NCBI GenBank assembly: GCA_964637955.1
Contig: CAZWXQ010000003.1
Coordinates: 95,154-159,153 of the forward strand
Direction: 5' to 3'
DNA from: an uncultured Gammaproteobacteria bacterium
Lineage (GTDB): Bacteria; Patescibacteriota; Microgenomatia; Levybacterales; UBA12049
Length of the DNA stretch: 64,000 nucleotides
Shown piece after piece: positions 48,241 to 56,204 of the stretch; position 1 is the first letter of the stretch, and each line of letters opens with the position of its first letter. Under the pieces are notes generated by a model. The model was not told the DNA's origin. It searched no databases and saw only the letters and a list, made by a program, of their open reading frames with translations. The position numbers were made by a program, and so were the translations under genes.

Positions 48241-48906
48241 ATGCCCTACGTTGAAATAAAAAAAAGCTTTTTTTACGAAACTATTAAAAGGGTTATTGAT
48301 ATAGTTTTATCTATTGTTTTAATACTTTTATTTTCTCCAGTTATTATTATTGTTGCTATTGCAATAAAAATAAATTCTAAAGGTCCTATTCTTGCAGATA
48401 CACCAGAGAGGGTAGGAAGAAGTGGAACTTTATTTAAGATGTATAAGTTTCGCTCCATGGTCGAGAATGCACATGAATTGCTTCGTGAAGACCCTGAATT
48501 TGCACAGCTTTATAAGGACTATAAAAAAGGTAGTTATAAATTAAAAGATGACCCAAGAATTACTGGAGTTGGTCATTTCATTAGAAAGCACTCTCTTGAT
48601 GAAGTGCCTCAATTTTTTAATATTTTAAAAGGGGAGATGAGTTTAGTCGGACCCCGAGCATACTATCCTGATGAATTACGTGATCAGCAGTTAAGATATC
48701 CGCACACAAGAGAATCAGTAAAAGTCGTGCTTTCTGTGCGTCCTGGTGTAACCGGCTTCTGGCAGGTTTCAGGAAGAAGTGAGATAAACTTTGATAAAAG
48801 AATAGAAATGGATGCCGAATATGTTAAAAAAAGATCAATTATTTATGACATGAAGCTTATCTTCAGAACCCCAGGTGCCATGATCTCCGGTAAAGGCGCA
48901 CTTTAG
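48241..48906 (+). CDS. Priming phosphoglycosyl transferase (WbaP/WcaJ/PglC-type 'sugar transferase')
   Basis: KR..DI, KFRSM, DPRIT..G.F.R..SLDE.PQ..N...GEMSLVGPR, PGVTG.WQVSGRS. Confidence 0.93.
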   Translation: MPYVEIKKSFFYETIKRVIDIVLSIVLILLFSPVIIIVAIAIKINSKGPILADTPERVGRSGTLFKMYKFRSMVENAHELLREDPEFAQLYKDYKKGSYKLKDDPRITGVGHFIRKHSLDEVPQFFNILKGEMSLVGPRAYYPDELRDQQLRYPHTRESVKVVLSVRPGVTGFWQVSGRSEINFDKRIEMDAEYVKKRSIIYDMKLIFRTPGAMISGKGAL

Positions 48907-48907
48907 A

Positions 48908-48936
48908 TTGACACGGCAGGTGAATCGTGATAAATT
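48908..48936 (+). promoter_or_regulatory. Promoter TTGACA-17-TAAATT (TG-extended), 8 nt before ATG 48945
   Basis: Consensus -35 begins 1 nt after the upstream TAG. Confidence 0.7.
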
Positions 48937-48944
48937 GTCTGATT

Positions 48945-49787
48945 ATGGCAAGTGAAGAAGGAAGATTAATTAGTGACCAAAGTGGATTTGTAGCAATTGG
49001 AGTAAATCCTCCCAGTGAGCAAGAACTATCTGACTCAGTAGATATTCTTTTACCGGTTCCTAATCTCAGACAAGAAGCTTATGCTGTTTTGTCAAACGCA
49101 AGACCTCCTACGCAGGAAGAAAAAAGAGCGTTTGGATCTCAGTGGGAGTTTTATAATACAGAACCACTTTCAGTAAGACAGATATTGGCTCGAGCACAGG
49201 GAGTCGACCTTTATGGGGAAGATGAAGCATTACGTAGGTACTATCTGGATAGTGGTTATGTTCCTGCGGCTCTTACAGTAGCTTTTCAAACCGCTTTATA
49301 TGATCAAAGAGCGGGAGACCTAACTGTAACTAACGATTTTACGCCACTTCCTCAGCAGTTAGATCAAATCGAAGAGCTTTCAAGGCAGGCTCAAAGCATA
49401 GCTCCTGACGCGCGTCTAATTATGCCACCTGCATCTGTGTATTTGCAGGCAGCGATTCAAAGCTTTCGAAGAACAGGTCACCCCATAAACACAAGATCAC
49501 GTTTTGTTACTTCCGAGAAGACGACTAGAGGCATGAATTACGTAACAGTGCTAGACGCGACTGATCCAGGTTCCGTTGGAGCTGTTAAGACCACTATTTC
49601 TAATCGTCTTGATCGAAGAAGATCCAGTAATCAGACGCTTATGAGCTTAGAAGTTTTTGGACACGATCCCAGGAATCCAGATTTTCCGCTCCAAATGGAT
49701 ATAGATTTTAATGGTTGGCAAACTGTTGTGGGTGGATCAGCTGCAGTTCCAGCTTTAGTTTTTGTTAATCCTCGTATGCAAGCCTAG
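48945..49787 (+). CDS. Hypothetical soluble protein (orphan, GC-richer than neighbours)
   Basis: Long ORF filling the gap; ATG 48945 preferred because GTG 48927 lies inside the promoter. No family recognised. Confidence 0.75.
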   Translation: MASEEGRLISDQSGFVAIGVNPPSEQELSDSVDILLPVPNLRQEAYAVLSNARPPTQEEKRAFGSQWEFYNTEPLSVRQILARAQGVDLYGEDEALRRYYLDSGYVPAALTVAFQTALYDQRAGDLTVTNDFTPLPQQLDQIEELSRQAQSIAPDARLIMPPASVYLQAAIQSFRRTGHPINTRSRFVTSEKTTRGMNYVTVLDATDPGSVGAVKTTISNRLDRRRSSNQTLMSLEVFGHDPRNPDFPLQMDIDFNGWQTVVGGSAAVPALVFVNPRMQA

Positions 49788-49789
49788 AT

Positions 49790-49819
49790 TTGACACGCCT
49801 TAAGCTTAATTAGTAAAAT
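49790..49819 (+). promoter_or_regulatory. Promoter TTGACA-18-TAAAAT, 6 nt before ATG 49826
   Basis: Consensus -35 begins 2 nt after the upstream TAG; no room for an SD. Confidence 0.7.
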
Positions 49820-49825
49820 ATCTAG

Positions 49826-51793
49826 ATGGACGGATTTGAAAAAATTGAACTAAGCTCTACTCCTAATAAGGCCAGCTCTCCAGAGAAAGCTCAAAAAACC
49901 CAGCTAGACGCAGTAAATAAAAAGCCAAAGAAGTCAAAATTCAGGAGATTAAAAAATAAAAAAGTTGTAGGAGTGATAGTTGGAGTATTTATAATACTTT
50001 TGGTTTTATTCGTGATTCCTTCGCTTCTAGTTTATTCATCAGCTAAAAAAACCTATGCTCAGGCAAAAGTTACTTCAGCTGCATTAAAAAATCAGGACAT
50101 AGAGCAAGCTCAAGTTGAGCTTAAAAAAACCCGTGAAAGACTTAAGGATACTCAAAGTAAAATGAATCTTTTGGTGGCGCTTAAATTTGTTCCAGGTCCA
50201 AATATTTATTATAACGATGCACAGCATATGATTAAAGCTGGTTTTTATGGTCTGGATGCTGCTGATACTTTTGTAGCTTCAGTTGAACCTTATGCAGATG
50301 TACTTGGGCTTAAGGGGGGGGATTCATTCACCGGAGGATCTGCTGAAAATAGAATTGAAACCGCTGTAAAAACCCTAGATAAGGTAACTCCTAAAATTGA
50401 CGATATATCTGAAGATATGAAGAAGGCTCAAAAAGAGATTGCTTACGTAAATCCTGATGATTATCCGTCTTTCATAGCGGGCGGGAAAGTTCATGAAGGA
50501 ATGAAGACTATGAGAACTCTTGCAGATGATGGTACAACTTTTATTGATCAGGCAAGGCCACTTATTAAAGTTCTTCCAGAGCTTTTGGGGCAACCAAATT
50601 CTAAAAAATATTTAGTTGTTTTCCAAAACGATAAAGAGCTTAGGCCAACAGGTGGATTCTTAACAGCATACGCTATTTTTAGAATTGATAAAGGTGTAAT
50701 TCATGTTGAGCAATCTGAAGATATTTATAAACTCGATGCTTCAGTCCCAAATAAGCAAAAGGCGCCAGCTCCAATTCTAAAATATCTTCCTAAGGTTTAC
50801 GAATTAAATTTAAGAGATAGTAATCTTTCGCCTGATTTCCAGGAATCTATGAAAGAATTCAGAGAAATTTATGATACTGCTGGAAATAAAGTAGATGTTG
50901 ATGGAATCGTAGCTCTTGATACGAGTGCATTGGTAGCAGTCATGCAGATCCTAGGAGATGTTGAGGTAAATGGAAAGAAATTGACCACGCAAACTGATCC
51001 GCGATGTGATTGTCCTCAGGTAATTTATGAATTAGAGTCAGAAGCCGGAACTAGAACCCAATATATAAGAGAAGACAGAAAAAGCATAATCGGAGATCTT
51101 ATGTATGCGATCATGAATAAAGCTTTCTCATCATCCCCATCTCAATATTGGGGGCCACTAGTTCAAGTTATGTTTGGTCAAATTGCTCAGAAGCATGTAC
51201 TGTTTAGTCTAGAAAATAAAGATGCTCAAAAAGGACTTTCAGCGGTTAACGCAGCTGGCGAAATAAAACCATTTGAAGGTGATTATCTTCATATTAACGA
51301 AGCAAATTTTGGAGGAGCTAAATCAAATCTTTTCGTTGATCAAGGAGTCGAGCAGGAATACAATGTGTCTAAAGATGGAACTATCACTAAAACTGTAACT
51401 GTAAGCTACAAGAATCCTCATGCTCCTTCCAATTGTAATCTCGAAAAAGAGTTTGCGCTTTGTCTTAATGCGCCACTTAGAGATTGGGTAAGAATTTATG
51501 TCCCAGAAGGAAGTAAATTAACTGACTCAAGTGGCTCTGAGGTTAAAATGAGCACTTATAAAGAACTTGGAAAAACAGTATTTGAAGGATTTACTACGAT
51601 AAGACCTCTTGGAGTTGGAAAGTACAGTATTACTTATACTCTTCCATTTAAGCTTAAGAAAGACTCTCCTCTACCTCTCATGATTCAAAAACAACCAGGA
51701 ACTGCAGAAGATGAGTACAGCATAAAAGTCAACGGGAAGCTAAAAGAAAAGTTTGTGCTTGACACAGACAAGACTTTAAATCTAGACTTTTAA
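49826..51793 (+). CDS. DUF4012-domain single-pass membrane protein
   Basis: N-terminal TM, helical region, YLVVFQN..ELRPTGGF, RDSNLSPDF, DG, K..I..L, N.GG.K.N, YVP.G, QKQPG. Confidence 0.8.
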   Translation: MDGFEKIELSSTPNKASSPEKAQKTQLDAVNKKPKKSKFRRLKNKKVVGVIVGVFIILLVLFVIPSLLVYSSAKKTYAQAKVTSAALKNQDIEQAQVELKKTRERLKDTQSKMNLLVALKFVPGPNIYYNDAQHMIKAGFYGLDAADTFVASVEPYADVLGLKGGDSFTGGSAENRIETAVKTLDKVTPKIDDISEDMKKAQKEIAYVNPDDYPSFIAGGKVHEGMKTMRTLADDGTTFIDQARPLIKVLPELLGQPNSKKYLVVFQNDKELRPTGGFLTAYAIFRIDKGVIHVEQSEDIYKLDASVPNKQKAPAPILKYLPKVYELNLRDSNLSPDFQESMKEFREIYDTAGNKVDVDGIVALDTSALVAVMQILGDVEVNGKKLTTQTDPRCDCPQVIYELESEAGTRTQYIREDRKSIIGDLMYAIMNKAFSSSPSQYWGPLVQVMFGQIAQKHVLFSLENKDAQKGLSAVNAAGEIKPFEGDYLHINEANFGGAKSNLFVDQGVEQEYNVSKDGTITKTVTVSYKNPHAPSNCNLEKEFALCLNAPLRDWVRIYVPEGSKLTDSSGSEVKMSTYKELGKTVFEGFTTIRPLGVGKYSITYTLPFKLKKDSPLPLMIQKQPGTAEDEYSIKVNGKLKEKFVLDTDKTLNLDF

Positions 51794-51794
51794 T

Positions 51795-52331
51795 ATGAGG
51801 TCATTTCGACTCGAGGCGATAATAATAAAAAGAAAAGATATCGGTGAAGCAGATCGTATCCTCACATTAATGACTCGCCACCAAGGAAAAATTAGTGTAG
51901 TTGCTAAGGGAGTAAGGAAAATAAATAGTAGACGCGCAGCTCACATAGAACTTCTTAATCATTGCATCTTAAATCTTCATGAATCAAGGCTTCCAATTGT
52001 TACTGAAGCCGAAACTTTAAATCATTTCTCGGTTCTTAAAAATGATCTGAATAGAGCGGGATACGCTTTTTATATTTGTGAGCTTGTGGATGGTCTTATC
52101 GCAGACCATCAGGAAAATAGGATGGCATTTGAACTCGTTGAAAAAACTTTAAAAAGACTTGAAGCTAGCGAAAATCCAAAAATGCTTATAAAAGGTTTTG
52201 AGCAGGAGCTCTTGACGCTCCTAGGATTCTGGCCAGAAAAACAACAGCTTGCTATCCAAGACAGTGATGCATTTATAGAAAGCATCATCGAGCGAAAAAT
52301 AAAAACCAAAAGAATCCTCAATCTCATCTAA
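51795..52331 (+). CDS. recO: DNA repair protein RecO (short form)
   Basis: GEADRILTL.T..GKI...AKGVRK..SR, LL..LG..P. Confidence 0.9.
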   Translation: MRSFRLEAIIIKRKDIGEADRILTLMTRHQGKISVVAKGVRKINSRRAAHIELLNHCILNLHESRLPIVTEAETLNHFSVLKNDLNRAGYAFYICELVDGLIADHQENRMAFELVEKTLKRLEASENPKMLIKGFEQELLTLLGFWPEKQQLAIQDSDAFIESIIERKIKTKRILNLI

Positions 52332-52351
52332 TGACTCGTGAATATTAAATT

Positions 52352-52942
52352 ATGGAAGAAGTAGTAGATTTAGCTCCAGAAGCGAGTTCTCTTCAATTAG
52401 AAGGTGGTATTGTTACGCCAAGATTAGAAGAGCAATTAAGAGAAGTTTATAGTCCGGATTTTTCTACCTTAGGACATGGAACTATTCCTGAGGTTGCTGA
52501 GGAGATTATGTTAACTGGGCTAAGATATAAAGATCCTGATTTATCATTAACCGCCGTTCCTCTATATGACGCAAAAATTCCTTACGACGAGCAATCGGGA
52601 GAAGTTGTTCAGAAAATTACTCATTGGCCCCATAAAGATCGAAAGGGAGTAGTGATTTTGATGATACCAAATCCCGCGGAAGATCAGCAGGGAGGAAACG
52701 CTTATTTTAATTCGGTTTTTGAAGAAAGACCTATTGAAGGAAGAAGTGATAGATACATAATTGATCCAAAATACATAAAAGGATATGTGGATGTTGAAGC
52801 AGGAAAATTCGTGCCTAATCCAAATTTTAATCCAACTCCTATAGTTTTCAAAGGAGGATTACAGGAAACGAAAATTAATGCTTCTGCAGTATCCCAACAG
52901 GTGCCAATTCCTTCTGCATCTGGGTTAAGTGAAGTTTGGTAA
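52352..52942 (+). CDS. Hypothetical protein with an HGT-x7-I-x3-GL motif (possible ADP-ribosyltransferase-like fold)
   Basis: LGHGTIPEVAEEIMLTGL ... YIIDPKYIKG; acidic; GC-richer than the glycan locus. Confidence 0.7.
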   Translation: MEEVVDLAPEASSLQLEGGIVTPRLEEQLREVYSPDFSTLGHGTIPEVAEEIMLTGLRYKDPDLSLTAVPLYDAKIPYDEQSGEVVQKITHWPHKDRKGVVILMIPNPAEDQQGGNAYFNSVFEERPIEGRSDRYIIDPKYIKGYVDVEAGKFVPNPNFNPTPIVFKGGLQETKINASAVSQQVPIPSASGLSEVW

Positions 52943-52995
52943 AAGTCTGAAAAACCTCAAGGGAACTTGCTTCATTGAAGCGACGTAAATTCAGG

Positions 52996-53025
52996 ATGAC
53001 AGCAAGGCTATTTTTTTGTTATCAT
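52996..53025 (+). promoter_or_regulatory. Promoter ATGACA-18-TATCAT (TG-extended), 6 nt before glyQS ATG 53032
   Basis: tgtTATCATtgccgtATG. Confidence 0.6.
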
Positions 53026-53031
53026 TGCCGT

Positions 53032-54414
53032 ATGGATGACAAAATGCACAAAGTAATAGCGCTGACCAAGAGGCGTGGTTTTATTTATCCTGGAAGTGAT
53101 ATCTATGGTGGTTTGGCAAATAGTTATGACTACGGACCACTTGGAGCAGAGCTTCTTAGGAATCTTCGAAATCTTTGGTGGAAATTCTTTATTCAGAATA
53201 GGTCAGATATGGTAGGTCTTGACTCCAGTATTATTTCTCACCACAAGGTTTGGGAGGCCTCAGGACATGTAGCAGGATTTGCCGATGCCATGATTGATTG
53301 CAAAAACTGTAAGGCTAGAATGAGAGCTGATCATTTGATCGAAGGTTACTTTGAAAAGAAAGGTGAAAAAAAACAGGTGGAAGGTTTGTCTCCTGAGGAG
53401 CTGAGTCAAATAATTAAAGAAAATGAAATAAAGTGCCCGGTTTGCAGAAAATTTGACTGGACTGATGTTAGAAGGTTTAATCTTCTTTTTCCAGTTCAGC
53501 TAGGAATCGTAGAAGGTGAACAGGGACAGGCCTATTTAAGGGGGGAAACAGCTCAAGGAATATTTATTAATTTTAAAAATGTAATAGATTCCAATCGCGT
53601 TAAATTGCCCTTCGGTATTGGTCAAATAGGAAAAAGTTTTCGTAATGAAATTACTCCGGGAAATTCTATTTTTAGGACTATCGAATTTGAGCAAGCTGAA
53701 ATAGAATATTTCTTTGATCCTGAAAGGTCAAATTGGGAAGAGCTTTTTAATGAATGGAAAGAGCGAATCTTCGAGTTTGTGCTAAAAGACTTAGGAATTA
53801 ATGAAGAAAATCTTAGATGGCGTGAGCATGATGAAAAAGAAAGGTCATTTTATAGTAAAAGAACAGAGGACTTGGAATATAACTTTCCATTTGGATTTAA
53901 AGAGCTATGGGGGCTCGCATACCGAACTAACTATGATTTGACCAAGCATTCTGATGCTTCGAAAAAAGATTTAACCATAATGGACCCAGTAACTAACGAG
54001 AAAATTCTTCCCCATGTTATAGAGCCAGCAGTAGGAATTAATCGTTTACTCTTAATGACATTGATTGATTCATATACCGAAAATGATGGTAGAGTGCTAT
54101 TGAAATTAAATCCTAAGCTTTCTCCATACAAAGCTGCTATATTTCCACTTCTAGCAAATAAGCCTGAGCTTGTAGAGAAAGCCAGGGGTATTTTTGATGA
54201 TCTTAAATCTGAATTTAACGTGGCTTGGGATGACAGGGGAAACATAGGAAAGCGTTATCTATCTCAAGATGAAGCAGGAACGCCATATTGCATTACGGTG
54301 GACTTTGAAACTCTTGAAGATGACGCTGTTACAATTAGAGACCGTGACACTGCTACTCAGGAGAGAATAAAAATAGATGAGCTCAAAGTCTACATTTCAT
54401 CCAAATTATCCTAG
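53032..54414 (+). CDS. glyQS: Glycine--tRNA ligase (alpha2, eukaryote/archaea-type)
   Basis: KRRGF..P.S.IYGG, DYGPLG, W.ASGH, YLRGETAQGIF, GKSFRNEI, EFEQ.E, PHVIEP, IGKRY..QDE.GTP; start moved to ATG 53032. Confidence 0.96.
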   Translation: MDDKMHKVIALTKRRGFIYPGSDIYGGLANSYDYGPLGAELLRNLRNLWWKFFIQNRSDMVGLDSSIISHHKVWEASGHVAGFADAMIDCKNCKARMRADHLIEGYFEKKGEKKQVEGLSPEELSQIIKENEIKCPVCRKFDWTDVRRFNLLFPVQLGIVEGEQGQAYLRGETAQGIFINFKNVIDSNRVKLPFGIGQIGKSFRNEITPGNSIFRTIEFEQAEIEYFFDPERSNWEELFNEWKERIFEFVLKDLGINEENLRWREHDEKERSFYSKRTEDLEYNFPFGFKELWGLAYRTNYDLTKHSDASKKDLTIMDPVTNEKILPHVIEPAVGINRLLLMTLIDSYTENDGRVLLKLNPKLSPYKAAIFPLLANKPELVEKARGIFDDLKSEFNVAWDDRGNIGKRYLSQDEAGTPYCITVDFETLEDDAVTIRDRDTATQERIKIDELKVYISSKLS

Positions 54415-54415
54415 C

Positions 54416-54444
54416 TTGACAACCAAAACGTAAAAATGTATATT
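54416..54444 (+). promoter_or_regulatory. Promoter TTGACA-17-TATATT, 8 nt before ATG 54453
   Basis: -35 begins 1 nt after the glyQS TAG. Confidence 0.7.
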
Positions 54445-54452
54445 TCGTGGAT

Positions 54453-54974
54453 ATGTCACGAAGTTTAGAGGTCAGGTCTTATAATCCAGAACGAGAACAA
54501 ACAGAGCATGGTTTATTGGCTGAAGATGTATATCAAAATATTGCAGAAGTTTTAGGATCAAATCCTGACTTTCAAAAAGCACTTGCGAAAGCTTTTTTTG
54601 CCCCAAAAGATATCCATTCAGAGAAAAAAGTTAGAGAAATGTATGAATTAATTCCTGATTTTGAAGTGGAATATCCTGGTTCGAATGGAGACTTAGTTAT
54701 AGTTGGTGTTAAAAGTACTAAGCAAACGGAAGGTTATAATAGGAGATGGATGTCTCAAGAATTAAGTTATAAGACGCGTGGACTTGAATTTTTGGTAACT
54801 TCTAGCTATTACCAATTTCTTAATGAACCTACAAAAAATCACTATGGAGAAATACTTTTAAGAGATAGTAAAGGGCATCAAATTGCTTCTGGTTTAGAGG
54901 CGCTTGCTAAGTCTGCTGAGCTTCTGCCTGAGCTGGGTATTGAAGTTCCCTTACATCCTCAAGCCACTCCTTGA
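54453..54974 (+). CDS. Hypothetical soluble protein (orphan)
   Basis: ORF fills the gap and has its own promoter; ATG 54453 preferred to GTG 54447; no family recognised. Confidence 0.7.
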   Translation: MSRSLEVRSYNPEREQTEHGLLAEDVYQNIAEVLGSNPDFQKALAKAFFAPKDIHSEKKVREMYELIPDFEVEYPGSNGDLVIVGVKSTKQTEGYNRRWMSQELSYKTRGLEFLVTSSYYQFLNEPTKNHYGEILLRDSKGHQIASGLEALAKSAELLPELGIEVPLHPQATP

Positions 54975-54999
54975 CTTGATAGTTAAATCAAAGTAATAT
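54971..54999 (+). promoter_or_regulatory. Promoter TTGACT-17-TAATAT; the -35 contains the upstream TGA stop
   Basis: TGA 54972-54974 lies within TTGACT 54971-54976. Confidence 0.6.
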
Positions 55000-55012
55000 G
55001 GCTATGGAATAA

Positions 55013-56068
55013 ATGGGACCTATAAAACTCGCATTATCATATAACGATGTACTTCTTGTCCCACAGTACTCAGAAATTTCTTCACGAGGTGATGTAGATC
55101 TTTCTACGCAAATTGCTCCAGATATTACTTTAAAAATTCCTTTAATCGCAGCAAATATGGACACTGTTACAGGTGTAGAAATGGCTGTAGCTATGAATAA
55201 GCTTGGAGGGATGGCATTTATTGGTCGTTTTGATACTCCAAAAATTCAAGCCGATAAAGTTGCAAAAATTAAGAAGAAAGGGGCAGAGTCTATTGGAGTG
55301 ATTGGAGTTAAAGACGATTATATTAAAAGAGCAGAAATGCTTCTCAAGGCAGGTTCAATTGCGCTTCACTTAGATATTGCTCATGCACATGCAGCGCACG
55401 GTATAAAAGTTATAAGAGACGTTAAAAAGGCATATCCAAAAATAGCTCTTATTGCAGGTACAGTAGCTTCGTATCAGGGCGCATATGATCTTTTAGAGGC
55501 TGGAGCAGATACGCTGAAAGTAGGAATAGGTGCAGGATCAATTTGTATAACTAGAGTAGCAACTGGTCATGGAGTTCCTCAAATAACGGCTGTTATGGAA
55601 GCTGTGAGAGCAAAAAATAAGTTTAAAAATCGATTTATTATTGCTGATGCTGGAGCTTCAAATTCGGGAGATATTGTTAAAGTGTTAGCTGCTGGAGCGA
55701 GCGCGTATGAAGGTGGATCTCTTTTTGCAGGAACTGATGAGACACCTGGTAAAATAATTCGAAGAAATGGAATTTTTTATAAAGAATATAATGGTTCAAC
55801 TTCTCTTGAAGAAAAAGTTAGACAGCTTAAAAAAGACGCTACAAACAAAAAACCACATTATGCTATTCATGTAGAAGGAGTTGAGGCTATGGTTAAGTAT
55901 AAGGGCCCGCTTGGTGAGGTCGTAGATTCACTTACAGCTGGAATTAAAAGCGGGTATAGCTATTCAGGCGCTAAGAATATAAAAGAGCTTTGGAAAAAAG
56001 CGCAGTTTATTCAAATAACTGGAGCTGGATACAGGGAAAGTCAGTCTCACGATGTAATTTTGAGGTAG
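55013..56068 (+). CDS. IMP dehydrogenase/GMP reductase family protein, CBS-less
   Basis: DVLLVP, PLIAANMDTVT, D.AH, KVGIGAGSICITR...G.G.PQ, GSLFAGTDE.PG, EGVE, SG.SY.GA. Confidence 0.88.
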   Translation: MGPIKLALSYNDVLLVPQYSEISSRGDVDLSTQIAPDITLKIPLIAANMDTVTGVEMAVAMNKLGGMAFIGRFDTPKIQADKVAKIKKKGAESIGVIGVKDDYIKRAEMLLKAGSIALHLDIAHAHAAHGIKVIRDVKKAYPKIALIAGTVASYQGAYDLLEAGADTLKVGIGAGSICITRVATGHGVPQITAVMEAVRAKNKFKNRFIIADAGASNSGDIVKVLAAGASAYEGGSLFAGTDETPGKIIRRNGIFYKEYNGSTSLEEKVRQLKKDATNKKPHYAIHVEGVEAMVKYKGPLGEVVDSLTAGIKSGYSYSGAKNIKELWKKAQFIQITGAGYRESQSHDVILR

Positions 56069-56204
56069 GATTCGAGCCTTACTGATCTATTTGCACTTTT
56101 CTCACCTGCTTTGCATGTGTTCGAAGAGTACTGCGCGCATAAGCGCTTGCACCGCTTGCTTCGCAACGGCACTGCGTCGGTCGTCAAGGGTGACCTCCTT
56201 GACA
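56064..56204. other. GC-rich intergenic element with several hairpins (REP/MITE-like or ncRNA, unassigned)
   Basis: GCGC-ataa-GCGC 56135-56146; CCG-c-TTGC-ttc-GCAA-CGG 56152-56169; GTCAAGG-7-CCTTGAC 56183-56203. Confidence 0.6.

Noticed and set aside
52975-53031. N-terminal extension of GlyQS in the ORF track (likewise 18557-18589, 48927-48944, 59941-60027)
   Set aside because: The extensions run through promoter elements or upstream genes; downstream ATGs fit family N-termini, promoter spacing and coupling.
56061-56140. tRNA on the minus strand, suggested by GGCTCGAATCC
   Set aside because: No matching acceptor stem, D-arm or anticodon arm could be built. Kept only as part of the unassigned element.
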